Shown: positions 1-10,241, numbered from the stretch's first letter. The stretch: DNA of 64,000 nucleotides from Pseudonocardiaceae bacterium (GCA_050699815.1 JBOHFT010000001.1:3850-67849), one strand, 5' to 3'. Program-made: numbers and translations. Notes: generated by a model from the sequence alone, not told the origin.

Positions 1-911
1 GCGGAGCGGAAGCCCTCCTCGTGGGTGCCGCCCTCGTGGGTGTTGATCGTGTTGGCGAAGGTGTAGACCGATTCGGTGTACCCGGCGTTCCACTGCATCG
101 CGACCTCGATCTGCATGCCCTCGCCACCGGCCTCGAAACCGATCACCTTGCGGTGGATCGGGTCCTTGGAGTTGTTGAGGTGCTTGACGAAGTCCTCCAG
201 GCCACCGGGGTAGTGGAAGGTGCGCTCCTTGATCTGGGCGGTGTGGCCTTCGGCGTCCTCGGTCTCGTTGCTGCCGTTGACCCGCTGGTCGCGCAGCACG
301 ATGGTCAGGCCCTTGTTGAGGAAGGCCATCTCCTGCAGCCGACGGGCCACCGTCTCGGCGTTGTAGATGGTGGTCTCGAAGACCCGCGGGTCAGCCCAGT
401 AGGTCAGGGTCGTGCTGGTCTTGCGGGTCGGCTCGCCCTTGCGCAGCGGGTGCGCCGGCTTGGAGTCCTCGTAACGCTGCCGCCACACGAACCCGTCCCG
501 CTGGATCTCCACCTCCAGCACGCTGGCCAGCGCGTTGACCACGCTGACACCGACGCCGTGCAGGCCACCGGAGACCGCATAGGACTTGCCGTCGAACTTG
601 CCACCGGCGTGCAACGTGGTCAGCACGACCTCCAACGCGGGCCGCTTCTCCACCGGGTGCATGTCCACCGGGATACCCCGGCCGTCGTCGGAGACCCGCA
701 CCCCGCCGTCGGCGAGCAGGGTGACGTCGACCCTGGTCGCGTGGCCCGCCATCGCCTCATCGACGGCGTTGTCCACCACTTCCCAGATCAGCTGGTGCAG
801 GCCGCGTTCTCCGGTGGACCCGATGTACATGCCGGGGCGCTTGCGGACGGCTTCGAGCCCCTCGAGGACGGTAATGGAAGACGCGCTGTAGTCGTTCTTC
901 TTGGCGGCCAC
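1..911 (-). CDS. gyrB: DNA gyrase subunit B, N-terminal ~303 codons (the rest lies beyond the left edge)
   Basis: Hand translation of the minus strand from GTG 911-909 (GGAGAG RBS upstream) gives [57 protein letters not shown]...[14 protein letters not shown], the GHKL ATPase signature of GyrB. It is not in the ORF track because there is no stop in the window. The + ORF 21..980 is its antisense shadow. Confidence 0.93.
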   Translation of the reverse strand, partial: MAAKKNDYSASSITVLEGLEAVRKRPGMYIGSTGERGLHQLIWEVVDNAVDEAMAGHATRVDVTLLADGGVRVSDDGRGIPVDMHPVEKRPALEVVLTTLHAGGKFDGKSYAVSGGLHGVGVSVVNALASVLEVEIQRDGFVWRQRYEDSKPAHPLRKGEPTRKTSTTLTYWADPRVFETTIYNAETVARRLQEMAFLNKGLTIVLRDQRVNGSNETEDAEGHTAQIKERTFHYPGGLEDFVKHLNNSKDPIHRKVIGFEAGGEGMQIEVAMQWNAGYTESVYTFANTINTHEGGTHEEGFRS

Positions 912-1217
912 GGTCCTCGGTCTCTCCTCAGGGTGCGATGCGGTGACTCGACCGCCGGGACCCCACGGCACGCCCGGTAGAAGCACCGGTCGCCGCGGCG
1001 GTATCGACTATGATTCTACTGGTCCCCCAGATGTAAGACGGTCACGGGGGGCCCTGACACGCTCGTAGAGCGATTATCTCGCACCAACGTACGTCCGGAC
1101 GGCCGAGAGGCAGTGCTGCGCTGCGTAGCGCAGCCTGAGCGGCCCGTTTCGGTGCGGTCAGGTGCGCACCAGAGCCTGACACACCGTGCACGAGAGCCCG
1201 ACACGCCGAGCATGGGG

Positions 1218-1796
1218 TCAGCCGTAGGTGTCCCGGGGACCACGGCCGCGGACGTGCCGGGGGCCGCGGTGCCAGTTCGGCGCCGCCGGGGCCTGCACCC
1301 GCAGCCGGGTCACCACACCCGGGCCGACGCCGACGGTGATCCGCGCGATCAGCTGGCGTTGCAGCAACCGGAGCTGGGTGGCCCACGCCGTGGAGCTGGC
1401 CTGCACGGTCAGCTCCCCGTCCTGCAACGACACCGGCTGGGCGTGCTCGGCGACCTCCGGGCCCACCAGCGTGGCCCACTTGGCGAACACCACACCTGAC
1501 GACACCCGGTCCACCCAGCCGCGATCGGCCACCAGCCGCGACGCCAGCCGGCCCAGCGGCTGCGGATCCCGGTCGTCGGGCCGGGCCCCGGACCAGCCCC
1601 GACGCCGACCAGGCGCCGAGCCCCGACCAGCTGATCTGCGACGCGCCGGTCCCCCGGAACGAGACCCGGCGGCGCGGGCGGCGTCGAGGGCAGCGCGGGC
1701 GATATCGGCACCCCGGGGCCTGCCAGGGGGGCCCAGTACCGGCTTGTCCACACTGTCCACAGGTTTATCCCCAGCTGGGGAGTGATCATCAGACAC
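1218..1796 (-). CDS. DUF721 / DciA-like protein (Rv0004-type gene between recF and gyrB)
   Basis: Same frame as ORF 1218..2582. A GTG at 1796 overlaps the recF stop by 8 nt. The C-terminal part, [51 protein letters not shown], looks like DUF721, and the recF-DUF721-gyrB synteny is conserved. The start is uncertain. Confidence 0.75.
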   Translation of the reverse strand: MSDDHSPAGDKPVDSVDKPVLGPPGRPRGADIARAALDAARAAGSRSGGPARRRSAGRGSAPGRRRGWSGARPDDRDPQPLGRLASRLVADRGWVDRVSSGVVFAKWATLVGPEVAEHAQPVSLQDGELTVQASSTAWATQLRLLQRQLIARITVGVGPGVVTRLRVQAPAAPNWHRGPRHVRGRGPRDTYG

Positions 1797-2922
1797 GGCG
1801 CACCTGCCCGTCGTGCACGTCGAACCGCACGCCCTCGAGCTCGTCGGGCACATCGGCTGGCACCGCCGCGGTGACCACCACCTGCTCAGCGGCCAGGGCG
1901 ACCTCGGCCAGCCGGGCCCGGCGATGAGTGTCCAGCTCGGCGAAGACGTCGTCGAGCAGCAGCACCGGCTCAGCCCCGCCGCAGCGCAGCAGCTGGTAGC
2001 TGCCCAGCCGCAACGCCAGCGCGAACGACCACGACTCGCCGTGGCTGGCATACCCCTTGGCTGGCCTGCCCCCCAGGCCCAGCTCCAGGTCGTCACGGTG
2101 CGGCCCGACCAGGCAGACCCCGCGCTCGACCTCGGCCGGGCGCACCCGGGCCAGCTCGGTGAGCATCGCCACCTCCAGCAGGCCGATGTCGGCTTTGCCA
2201 TCCTCCGGCAGCGCGGCACCCAGGCTGCTGCGGTAGTCGAGCTGGATCGCAGCGGACTCTGGGGCCACCGCACGGTAGGCCGCGGCGACCTTGGGGGCCA
2301 GCTCGACGAGCAGGTCCAGCCGGGCCCCGAGCAGCTCCGCGCCATGCCGGGCCAGATGACCGTCCCAGACGTCCAGCGTGCGCAGATCACCCGGTCCGCC
2401 GGACCGGCGCGTCGGTCCGGCGGATTTGAGCAACGCGACGCGCTGGCGCAGCACCTTGTCGTAGTCGGATCGCACGCCGGCCAGCCGGGGCGCCCGCAGG
2501 ACCAGCAGGTCGTCGAGGAACCGGCGGCGCTCCCCCGGGTCGCCGCGCACCAGCGCCAGGTCCTCCGGTGCGAACAGCACACTGCGCAGCACCCCGAGCA
2601 CCTCCCGGGGCCGGGGCACCGGGCAGCGGTTGAGCCGGGCCCGGTTGGCCCGCCCGGGGGAGATCTCCAGCTCGACGGTCAGCTCCCGGCCGGCGTGCAC
2701 CACCGCGGTGCGCACGATGGCCCGCTGGGCGCCGTGGCGCACTAGTGGCGCATCGGTGGCGCACCGGTGCGAGCCCAGGGTGGACAGGTAACCCAGCGCC
2801 TCGATCAGGTTCGTCTTGCCCTGCCCGTTCGCCCCGACCAGCACCGCGACGCCGGGCTGCAGGTCCAGCTCGGCGTGCGCCCAGGAGCGGAAGTCGGTGA
2901 CCGCTAGCTGTCTCACATACAC
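1789..2922 (-). CDS. recF: DNA replication/repair protein RecF
   Basis: ORF track 377 aa: [43 protein letters not shown] (Walker A) ... [13 protein letters not shown] (Walker B). Canonical ori-region synteny. Confidence 0.96.
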   Translation of the reverse strand: MYVRQLAVTDFRSWAHAELDLQPGVAVLVGANGQGKTNLIEALGYLSTLGSHRCATDAPLVRHGAQRAIVRTAVVHAGRELTVELEISPGRANRARLNRCPVPRPREVLGVLRSVLFAPEDLALVRGDPGERRRFLDDLLVLRAPRLAGVRSDYDKVLRQRVALLKSAGPTRRSGGPGDLRTLDVWDGHLARHGAELLGARLDLLVELAPKVAAAYRAVAPESAAIQLDYRSSLGAALPEDGKADIGLLEVAMLTELARVRPAEVERGVCLVGPHRDDLELGLGGRPAKGYASHGESWSFALALRLGSYQLLRCGGAEPVLLLDDVFAELDTHRRARLAEVALAAEQVVVTAAVPADVPDELEGVRFDVHDGQVRRV

Positions 2923-2927
2923 CGGAG

Positions 2928-3839
2928 CTACTGGGGATCTTCCAGGGCTGGATCGAGCCTGACCGCCTGCACCGCGTGCCCGCCGAACTGCTGGCGCAGC
3001 GCGGCCACCGCGCGCATCGCCGGGGAGTCGGGCTGCCGGGAGGCGAACCGGGCGAACAGCGCCGCGGAGATCACCGGTGCGGGCACCGCGTGGTTGATCG
3101 CTTCCTCGACCGTCCAGCGCCCCTCACCGGAGTCCTGCACCCAGCCCCGCAGCTGCGCCAGCTTCGGGTCCCCGTCCAGGGCCGCCACCAGCAGGTCGAG
3201 CAGCCAGGAGCGGACCACCGTGCCGCGCCGCCAGGCCTTGAGCACCGCAGGCACGTCGGTGACCACCTCGGCCGCCTCGAGCAGCTCGAAGCCCTCGGCG
3301 TAGGCCTGCATCAGGCCGTACTCGACACCGTTGTGCACCATTTTGGCGAAATGCCCGGCTCCCACGCCACCGGCATGGACGAAGCCCTCGTCCCGGGGGC
3401 CTTCCGGGCGCAGTGCGTCGAACACCGGCATCAGCCGCTCGACGTGCTCAGCGGCACCGCCGACCATCAGCCCGTAGCCGTTGTCCCGGCCCCACACCCC
3501 GCCCGAGACCCCGCAGTCCAGGTAGCCGATGCCGGTGCGGGCGAGCAACTCGGCGTGCACCTTGTCTTCGGTGTAGCGCGAGTTGCCGCCGTCGACCACG
3601 AGGTCGCCCTCGGCCAGCAGCCCGGCGAGCTGGGTCACGGTGTCCCGGGTCGGGTCGCCAGCCGGTATCATGATCCACACTGCCCGGGGTGCGGGGAGCT
3701 GCCCGACCAGCTCCGCCAGCGAGTCGACGTCGCGGTTGCCGGGGTTGTGGGCGTAGCCGACAACCCCGATGCCAGCGGCACGCAGCCGCTCGCGCATGTT
3801 GGCGCCCATCTTGCCAAGTCCGACGAGTCCGAGCTGCAC
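2928..3839 (-). CDS. gnd: 6-phosphogluconate dehydrogenase-like (decarboxylating, short form)
   Basis: ORF track 303 aa with an N-terminal Rossmann motif, [19 protein letters not shown], then ...[10 protein letters not shown]...[11 protein letters not shown]. This gene commonly lies between dnaN and recF in actinobacteria. Confidence 0.9.
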   Translation of the reverse strand: MQLGLVGLGKMGANMRERLRAAGIGVVGYAHNPGNRDVDSLAELVGQLPAPRAVWIMIPAGDPTRDTVTQLAGLLAEGDLVVDGGNSRYTEDKVHAELLARTGIGYLDCGVSGGVWGRDNGYGLMVGGAAEHVERLMPVFDALRPEGPRDEGFVHAGGVGAGHFAKMVHNGVEYGLMQAYAEGFELLEAAEVVTDVPAVLKAWRRGTVVRSWLLDLLVAALDGDPKLAQLRGWVQDSGEGRWTVEEAINHAVPAPVISAALFARFASRQPDSPAMRAVAALRQQFGGHAVQAVRLDPALEDPQ

Positions 3840-4172
3840 GGTGAGTCCTTCCGGTGGTGCGTGGCTCCACCGTAGGTGCTGGGTGATGGTGCCGTGCGCG
3901 CCGGGTCGGTGCGGGCTGATTCATCCACCGCGCTGGTAGTGAGGGTCTTCCTGGATAAAGAGAACACCAGTAGTAGTAGTAAGTGCTGTGGATGGTGGGG
4001 GCGGACGACGTCTGCACAGCTCGGCCGGTGCGGCGCGGTGTGGACAGCGCCGGTGCTCAGCCCGTGGACCGCAGCACCCGGCGGTGGACCGAGGCCGGGT
4101 GGTCCGGCGTGATGCACAGCGCCGCGCACCTGTCCACAGGGTTGTCCCCAGGTGTGGGTGGATCGGTGCCCG
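3840..4172. other. Putative oriC core: DnaA-box cluster plus a relatively AT-rich (TAG)3TAA element
   Basis: A non-coding 333 bp containing TTGTCCACA-type boxes: TGTGGATGG 3987-3995, TGTGGACAG 4039-4047 (rc CTGTCCACA), CTGTCCACA 4130-4138 and TTGTCCCCA 4142-4150. Weaker TCCAC cores occur at ~3921-3928, 4063-4069 and 4084-4090. TAGTAGTAGTAAG lies at 3971-3983. Confidence 0.6.
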
Positions 4173-4556
4173 TCACACGTCTTCGATGCGCAGTGTGGCG
4201 CCGACCGCCTGCCCCACCTTCTCGATGTGCTCCCGGTTCGACGTGACAACGGCATGGCCCCGGCGGAGGGCTCCTTCCACCACGGTCACATCCACGATGT
4301 CGTCATGGCCTGAGCGGCCGACGAGGACGCCAACTGTGCGAGCCTGATCTTCCGTCAGCCACTCCACGGTGCACATCGTGAGTAGCCGGACGAGGTTCGC
4401 CTGCCGCGGACCTCCTCGCCATGCCTGCGCTAGCACCGGCGCCGGAACGACGGGAGCGACTTCCTCGGCTAGTAAACCGGCGTGCAGTGCCCACATCCGT
4501 CGGTCGTTGCGCTCCGCAGCGATCAGTGCCCCGGTGTCGTATGTGACGCCGACCAT
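4173..4556 (-). CDS. vapC: PIN-domain toxin (VapC-like)
   Basis: ORF track 127 aa: MVGVTYDTGALIAAER...HDDIVDVTVVEGALRRGHAVVTSNREHI, a typical PIN acidic-residue layout. Its start abuts the stop of the upstream RHH gene. Confidence 0.8.
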   Translation of the reverse strand: MVGVTYDTGALIAAERNDRRMWALHAGLLAEEVAPVVPAPVLAQAWRGGPRQANLVRLLTMCTVEWLTEDQARTVGVLVGRSGHDDIVDVTVVEGALRRGHAVVTSNREHIEKVGQAVGATLRIEDV

Positions 4557-4829
4557 CTATGCCGATCGCCTCGCCGGCTGGCCCGCGCCGGACCCCCCCA
4601 GCAGTGCGCGGGCGCGGGCCAAGCCCTCGGCGAGCTCCGCTGCCGTCAGCGCGCCGTTGTCAGCTTCCCATTCGGCGATAGCCTGCCGTCCGGCGTCTAA
4701 GCGCAGCCGGTGGGCCGCTGTGTCGGCCAGCCAGCCGCTCACGGTGGTGCCCTCGGAGCTGGCTGCGCGCTCGATGGCATCTGCCAGCTCAGCCGGGAGC
4801 GAGATCGAACGTTTCTGCCGCTGTGCCAT
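4557..4829 (-). CDS. vapB: Ribbon-helix-helix antitoxin (VapB/CopG-like)
   Basis: MAQRQKRSISLPAELADAIERAASSEGTTVSGWLADTAAHRL from ATG 4829 (internal to ORF 4557..4859). Located 45 bp downstream of the dnaA stop and adjacent to vapC. Confidence 0.7.
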   Translation of the reverse strand: MAQRQKRSISLPAELADAIERAASSEGTTVSGWLADTAAHRLRLDAGRQAIAEWEADNGALTAAELAEGLARARALLGGSGAGQPARRSA

Positions 4830-4874
4830 GACGATATGGTAGTACAGGCGGTAGCACACCGGTTGGAGCCATGG

Positions 4875-6413
4875 TCAGGAGCGGGCGCGCTGTTTGATCC
4901 GGGAGGTGAGCTCCTGCACCTGATCGTAGGTGCGGCGGCGTTCGGCCATCTCCTTGCGGATTTTCTTTTCCGCGTGCATCACGGTGGTGTGGTCGCGGCC
5001 GCCGAAGATCTGCCCGATCCGGGGCAGCGACAGATCAGTCAGCTCCCGGCACAGGTACATGGCGATCTGCCGGGACTGCGCGAGGTGCTTGGTCTTGGTC
5101 GGCCCGCACAGGTCTTCCATGGTGACACCGAAGAACTCGGCGACCACTGCCATGATGTGGGGCGCGCCGATCTCGTGCGCCTGGGCGTCCGGGATGAGGT
5201 CGCGCAGCACGATCTCGGCGAGCTGGCTGTCGACCGGCTGCCGGTTCAGTGAGGCGAACGCGGTGACCCGGATCAGCGCCCCCTCCAGCTCGCGGATGTT
5301 GCGCTCGATCCGGGCGGCGATGAACTCCAGCACCTCGTCCGGCGCGGCCAGCCGGTCGCCGGCGGCCTTCTTGCGCAGGATGGCGATCCGGGTCTCCAGC
5401 TCGGGCGGCTGGATGTCGGTGATCAGGCCCCACTCGAAACGGGTGCGCAACCGGTCCTCCAGGGTGCCCAGCCCCTTGGGCGGGCGGTCGGAGGAGATCA
5501 CGATCTGCTTGTTCGCGTTGTGCAGGGTGTTGAAGGTGTGGAAAAACTCCTCCTGGGTGCCTTCCTTGCCCTCCAGGAACTGGATGTCGTCGACCAGCAG
5601 CACGTCGACGTCGCGGTAGCGGCGCTGGAAGGCCACCTTGCGGTCGTCGCGCAGGGAGTTGATGAAGTCGTTGGTGAACTCCTCGGTGGAGATGTACCGC
5701 ACCCGCATGCCGGGGAACAGCCGCTGCGCGTAGTGCCCGACGGCGTGCAGCAGGTGCGTCTTGCCCAGCCCTGACTCGCCCCAGACGAACAGCGGGTTGT
5801 AGGCGCGTGCTGGTGCCTCCGACACGGCCACCGCAGCAGCGTGCGCGAACCGGTTGGACGCGCCGATGACGAAGGTGTCGAAGGTGTACTTCTCATTGAG
5901 CTTGGTCTGGGAGCTCGGTGGCCGCGTCGGTGCCGCGGCCGAGCGGGTGGAGGTGGGCCAGATCTCGTGCACGGTGGCCAACGCGGCTTCCTCTTCAGTC
6001 TGCCCGCCAGGGTGGATGGTGGAGTTCCCCGCTGGCGGCGTGGTGGCGGGGCTGGAGTGGCCGAGCCTGGTGGTGCTGGGGTCCGCGGTGTCGGGCTGCT
6101 CGGCACCGCCGAAAGGCTGGGTCGCCAGCGGCAGTTCCGGGGGCACCGGCAGCGGGTGGTCCACCTTCACCGCCAGCGAGACCGGTCGGCCCAGGTGCCG
6201 CGACAGCGCCGCACTGATGGGCTCGCGCAGCGCGCGCTCGATGGCGTCTTTGGCGAAGTCGCTGGGCGCGGCCAGCAGGGCAGTGCCATCCAGCAGGCCG
6301 ATCGGGCGGGTGACGCGCATCCAGGCGCGCTGCTGGGGCGACAGCGTCCCAGCAGAGAGCTCCCGGACGACCTTGGCCCACACCTGGCCGAGGTCGGTTT
6401 GCCGCTCTGACAC
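4875..6413 (-). CDS. dnaA: Chromosomal replication initiator DnaA
   Basis: In the frame of ORF 4875..6482. GTG at 6413 with an AAGGGGAG RBS gives [20 protein letters not shown].... It has the AAA+ Walker [29 protein letters not shown], and a C-terminal DNA-binding helix, [20 protein letters not shown]. Confidence 0.96.
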   Translation of the reverse strand: MSERQTDLGQVWAKVVRELSAGTLSPQQRAWMRVTRPIGLLDGTALLAAPSDFAKDAIERALREPISAALSRHLGRPVSLAVKVDHPLPVPPELPLATQPFGGAEQPDTADPSTTRLGHSSPATTPPAGNSTIHPGGQTEEEAALATVHEIWPTSTRSAAAPTRPPSSQTKLNEKYTFDTFVIGASNRFAHAAAVAVSEAPARAYNPLFVWGESGLGKTHLLHAVGHYAQRLFPGMRVRYISTEEFTNDFINSLRDDRKVAFQRRYRDVDVLLVDDIQFLEGKEGTQEEFFHTFNTLHNANKQIVISSDRPPKGLGTLEDRLRTRFEWGLITDIQPPELETRIAILRKKAAGDRLAAPDEVLEFIAARIERNIRELEGALIRVTAFASLNRQPVDSQLAEIVLRDLIPDAQAHEIGAPHIMAVVAEFFGVTMEDLCGPTKTKHLAQSRQIAMYLCRELTDLSLPRIGQIFGGRDHTTVMHAEKKIRKEMAERRRTYDQVQELTSRIKQRARS

Positions 6414-6472
6414 CTGCTGACTCCCCTTCGGCCGGTGGTGGACTTGCCGGTGGTGGACGCCAGGAGCGCTGC

Positions 6473-6493
6473 GCGTCCACAAGGTTGTCCACA
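6473..6493. promoter_or_regulatory. Two tandem DnaA boxes upstream of dnaA (autoregulatory region)
   Basis: GCGTCCACA (6473-6481) and TTGTCCACA (6485-6493) lie just upstream of the dnaA start. A further CCGTCCACA lies near 6852-6860. Confidence 0.55.
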
Positions 6494-6900
6494 GCTGTGT
6501 ATGACGGTCAACGGCAACGGACGGCGTCCTGGCCGGATCCCCGATACGTCAGCCAGCGGGCCGGTCTCCACTCGTCGTCGTCCCGCACCTCACGGGCAGG
6601 CACGCCGACAGGCGTCGGGTGCTGCCACAAGAACCCCGCGAGAGCAAGCATCATGGACGTAACGGCGTGTCGTCCTCGCGGTGACGGGAGACGGCCGTTT
6701 TGACGGCGCCGGTCCCGGCCGCCTAGGCTCGGGGGAGTCTCCTGCCCACCGGCGGGCATTCCTGTGCGCTCTGGTCCATGGCCCGCTCGGGCCGGGCACT
6801 GGGGATCCGCTCGCGGTAGTGCTGCCGGTACCGGCCGGGGAGTGACCCGGCCGTCCACAGCCCCGGCGGCCGCGCAACGAGCACCGGGAGAACGACAGCC

Positions 6901-7044
6901 GTGACCAAGGGTAAGCGCACGTTCCAGCCGAACAACCGTCGCCGTGCGAGGACTCACGGGTTCCGGTTGCGGATGCGCACCCGGGCGGGGCGCGCCATCC
7001 TCGCTGCGCGGCGCCGCAAGGGCCGCAGCGAATTGTCAGCCTGA
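6901..7044 (+). CDS. rpmH: 50S ribosomal protein L34
   Basis: Hand translation: [47 protein letters not shown]. It is too short for the ORF track. Confidence 0.95.
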   Translation: MTKGKRTFQPNNRRRARTHGFRLRMRTRAGRAILAARRRKGRSELSA

Positions 7045-7070
7045 TCCCCCCGCCTGCCGGATTTCCTCCG

Positions 7071-7442
7071 TTGCTGCCCGCTGCCTCCCGACTGACCCGC
7101 CGCGACGACTTCGCGACGGCGGTGCGGCGGGGCCGCCGGGCGGTGTGCGGCGCCATCGTGGTGCACCTGGCCCGCCGCGATGACGCCGATGCCGCGCCGC
7201 GGGTGGGTTTCGTGGTCGGCCGCACGGTCGGTGGCGCCGTGGTCCGGCACCGGGTGCAGCGCCGGTTGCGCCATCTGATGCAAGGGCGGCTGCCGGAGCT
7301 GCCCGGCGGGGCGCTGGTGGTGGTGCGTGCACTGCCGGCCTCGGCCGGCGCGAGTAGCGCGGCGCTGGATGATGACCTGGGGGGGGCGCTGCGGCGGCTC
7401 ACCGGTGCCGGCTCCCGCTCCGGCAGTCGGCGATGCGGGTGA
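7071..7442 (+). CDS. rnpA: Ribonuclease P protein component
   Basis: ORF track 123 aa: [17 protein letters not shown]...[24 protein letters not shown]. Immediately follows rpmH. Confidence 0.9.
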   Translation: MLPAASRLTRRDDFATAVRRGRRAVCGAIVVHLARRDDADAAPRVGFVVGRTVGGAVVRHRVQRRLRHLMQGRLPELPGGALVVVRALPASAGASSAALDDDLGGALRRLTGAGSRSGSRRCG

Positions 7443-7738
7443 CTCCCCTCGGTCACCGGCCTGGCCCGGCAGCTCGGGTGCTGGTGCACATCCTGCGGTG
7501 CTACCGCCGGTGGATCTCGCCAGCCCTGCCGCCCACGTGCCGGTTCCACCCCTCGTGCAGCGCGTACGCCGTCGAGGCGCTGACCGTTCACGGGGCCCTG
7601 CGCGGGTCGTGGTTGACCGGGCGGCGGCTGTTGCGCTGCGCACCCTGGCACCCTGGAGGGGTGGACCCGGTTCCTCCCCCGAGCTCACCCCGTTCCGATG
7701 CCGCCCGCCCCCATGCCGAGAGCGAGTCCTCGTGCTGA
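7433..7738 (+). CDS. yidD: Membrane protein insertion efficiency factor YidD
   Basis: ORF track: [61 protein letters not shown], the YidD signature. Lies between rnpA and yidC. Confidence 0.88.
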   Translation: MRVTPLGHRPGPAARVLVHILRCYRRWISPALPPTCRFHPSCSAYAVEALTVHGALRGSWLTGRRLLRCAPWHPGGVDPVPPPSSPRSDAARPHAESESSC

Positions 7739-8847
7739 ACTTCATCTACTACCCGGTGTCGGCCATCCTGTGGTTCTGGCACGAGGCGTTCGGCTACCTG
7801 CTGGGTCGGGGCAACGGCGTCGGCTGGGCGCTGGCCGTGGTGTTCCTGGTGTTCACCCTGCGTGCGCTGCTGTACAGGCCGTTCGTCAGCCAGGTCCGCT
7901 CCATGCGCAAGATGCAGGAGTTCACGCCGGAGATCCAGAAGCTGAAGAAGAAGTACGGCGACGACCGCCAGAAGATGGCCGCCGAGATGCAGAAGCTGCA
8001 GACGCAGCACGGCGTCAACCCACTCGGTGGCTGCCTGCCGATGCTGGTGCAGATCCCGGTGTTCATCGGCCTGTTCCAGGTGCTGCGGTCGTTCAACCGG
8101 GATTTCCTCACCCCCGAGCAGAACGAGCAGATCGGCAACTACGTGTTCAGCGCGGCCGATGTGCGGCTGTTCCTGGGCGCCGACCTGTTCGGGGTGCCGC
8201 TGTCGTCCTACATCACCGAGCCCGCGGCGTTGCTGGCGCGGTACGGGGACATCACCCGGTGGGAGATCGCCGTGGTGGCCGTGCCGCTGACGATCGCGGC
8301 CGGCATCCTCACCCACTTCACCGCCAAGCACTCGGTGGAGCGGCAGAACGAAGCGCAGGCCGCCAACCCGCAGGCGGCGATGATGAACAAGCTGATGCTG
8401 TACCTGTTCCCGCTCGGTGTCGTGGCCGGTGGCCCGTTCTTCCCGCTGGCGATCCTGATCTACTGGCTGTCCAACAACCTGTGGACGCTGGGCCAGCAGT
8501 GGCTGGTCTACCGGCGGATCGACGCGGAAGAGGTGGAGAAGAAGGAGGCTGCGATCGCGCAGCGGCAATCGCTCGCCCCCCGGCCCGGCCAGAAGCCGGT
8601 CCGTCCCAGGAAGGAGACCACCGGTACCTCCGGTGATCCGGCCGATGACGATCCCGAGATAGTTGAGCCTAATGGGGGAACTACACCGAATGCCGAGATT
8701 ACGCCGAATGGGGCAGAATCGACGGGGTCGAGCCGGGACGGGGCAGTAGGGTCCTCCAACGGCGAGGGCACGGACAGCGTGGCACTGCCCGGCATGATCC
8801 GGCAGCGCCCGCGAGCGCGGAAGAAGACCAACCGGAAGCGCCGCTGA
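7732..8847 (+). CDS. yidC: Membrane protein insertase YidC
   Basis: In the frame of ORF 7327..8847. GTG at 7732 gives [20 protein letters not shown]...[58 protein letters not shown]. The C-terminus is basic. Confidence 0.92.
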   Translation: MLNFIYYPVSAILWFWHEAFGYLLGRGNGVGWALAVVFLVFTLRALLYRPFVSQVRSMRKMQEFTPEIQKLKKKYGDDRQKMAAEMQKLQTQHGVNPLGGCLPMLVQIPVFIGLFQVLRSFNRDFLTPEQNEQIGNYVFSAADVRLFLGADLFGVPLSSYITEPAALLARYGDITRWEIAVVAVPLTIAAGILTHFTAKHSVERQNEAQAANPQAAMMNKLMLYLFPLGVVAGGPFFPLAILIYWLSNNLWTLGQQWLVYRRIDAEEVEKKEAAIAQRQSLAPRPGQKPVRPRKETTGTSGDPADDDPEIVEPNGGTTPNAEITPNGAESTGSSRDGAVGSSNGEGTDSVALPGMIRQRPRARKKTNRKRR

Positions 8848-8875
8848 CGGCGTAGTCCCCGGAGAGGAGACAGTT

Positions 8876-9508
8876 GTGGCCGAGACGCTGGCGACCGAGG
8901 TGGGGGAAACCGAGGCTGCGGTTACGGAAGCTGCGGTTACGGAGGAACAGTCGCCGGTGTCGTCATCGGGGGTCTCGCCCGGTGCTGCTGATCACGAGGC
9001 GGACACTGAGACCGCGCGGCCGGTGCGCACCGTGCCGGTGAGCGAAGACCTGCTCGTTCAGGAGGGCGATGTCGCGGGAGACTACCTCGAACGGCTGCTC
9101 GATCTTGTGGACTACGACGGTGACATCGATCTGGACGTCGAGGCTGGCCGTGCCATGGTGTGCGTCGACGGCGGGGGGGACCTGGAGAAGCTGGTCGGCC
9201 CGCACGGTGCGGTACTCGAGGCGCTGCAGGAGCTGACCCGGCTGGCGGTTCAGCAACAGACCGGGGCCCGCAGTCGGCTGATGCTCGATATCGCGCAGTG
9301 GCGATCCGCCCGGCGCAGTGATCTCAGCGAGCTGGCCCGATCGACGGCAGAACGGGTACGCGCTGACGGTGAGCCGGCCCGGCTGCAGCCGATGACCCCG
9401 TTTGAGCGCAAGATCGTGCACGATGCGATCGCGGCGGTGGCTGGCGTGCAGAGCGAGAGCGAGGGCGAGGAGCCCCGCCGCTGCGTCGTGGTGTCCCGCT
9501 CGGCTTGA
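8876..9508 (+). CDS. jag: Jag/KhpB-type R3H RNA-binding protein
   Basis: ORF track 210 aa: ...GDYLERLLDLVDYDGDIDLDVE...MTPFERKIVHDAIAAVAGVQSESEGEEPRRCVVV (R3H). Lies between yidC and rsmG. Confidence 0.85.
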   Translation: MAETLATEVGETEAAVTEAAVTEEQSPVSSSGVSPGAADHEADTETARPVRTVPVSEDLLVQEGDVAGDYLERLLDLVDYDGDIDLDVEAGRAMVCVDGGGDLEKLVGPHGAVLEALQELTRLAVQQQTGARSRLMLDIAQWRSARRSDLSELARSTAERVRADGEPARLQPMTPFERKIVHDAIAAVAGVQSESEGEEPRRCVVVSRSA

Positions 9509-9552
9509 TTCCTCCAGCGCGCGATGTCGTCGGGGACCTGATCTCTCCGGCG

Positions 9553-9568
9553 GGTTTCACGTGAAACC
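9553..9568. promoter_or_regulatory. parS site 1 (perfect 16-bp palindrome GGTTTCACGTGAAACC)
   Basis: Matches the ParB-binding consensus tGTTTCACGTGAAACa. It overlaps the rsmG GTG start (9561). Confidence 0.85.
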
Positions 9569-10241
9569 GCATACCCAGCGCGACGTCGCGGAGGCGGTTT
9601 TCGGTGATCGGTACGCGCTGGCCCAGCGCTACGCCGGATTGCTCGCCGGGCCTGGGGTCAGCAGAGGTCTCATCGGCCCGAGGGAGGCGGGGCGGCTGTG
9701 GGAACGCCACCTGCTCAACTCGGCGGTGCTGGGGGAGCTCGTCCCCGAAGGCTGTCGGGTGCTCGACGTTGGCTCCGGCGCGGGCCTGCCGGGAATACCG
9801 CTCGCGCTTGCTCGGCCGGATCTCGCCGTCGTCCTGCTGGAGCCGATGTCCCGGCGGGTGGCGTGGCTGCAGGAGGTGGTGGCTGAACTCGGCCTGGCGG
9901 TGTCGGTGTATCGCGGCCGCGCCGAAGACCCGCGGGTGCGTGCCGAGCTTGGGGGCAACGATGTCGTGACGGCCAGGGCCGTTGCACCGTTGGGAAGGTT
10001 GGCAGGCTGGTGCCTTCCGCTGGTGGCGTCGGGCGGGCGGCTGCTCGCAGTCAAGGGTGCCACTGCGCCTGAGGAGGTCACGCGGGATGCCATTGCGGTG
10101 CGGGCCGCTGGAGGGGGGGCGGCGGAGGTCGTGCAGTGTGGTGCCACCATCGTGCGGCCGCCGACAACGGTCATCGTGGTGCGTCGGCTGGCGCAGCGTG
10201 TCACCCGTACCACGAGGGCACGAAGGAGGAAGGACCGGTGA
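9561..10241 (+). CDS. rsmG: 16S rRNA (guanine527-N7)-methyltransferase RsmG (GidB)
   Basis: In the frame of ORF 9402..10241 from GTG 9561: VKPHTQRDVAEAVFGDRYALAQRYAGLL...RVLDVGSGAGLPGIPLALARPD...VTARAVAPL. Confidence 0.9.
   Translation: MKPHTQRDVAEAVFGDRYALAQRYAGLLAGPGVSRGLIGPREAGRLWERHLLNSAVLGELVPEGCRVLDVGSGAGLPGIPLALARPDLAVVLLEPMSRRVAWLQEVVAELGLAVSVYRGRAEDPRVRAELGGNDVVTARAVAPLGRLAGWCLPLVASGGRLLAVKGATAPEEVTRDAIAVRAAGGGAAEVVQCGATIVRPPTTVIVVRRLAQRVTRTTRARRRKDR

Noticed and set aside
21-980. Long ORFs on the strand opposite clearly identified genes. Examples: 21..980 opposite gyrB, 14443..16683 opposite ddl and the aminotransferase, 54129..56030 opposite leuS, 11242..12798 opposite parB, 7588..8568 opposite yidC, and 60362..61312 opposite the helicase.
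   Set aside because: Their translations are Arg/Pro/Gly/Ala-rich, low-complexity and without recognisable motifs. This is typical of stop-codon-poor antisense frames in ~70% GC DNA. The opposite frame carries unambiguous family signatures.
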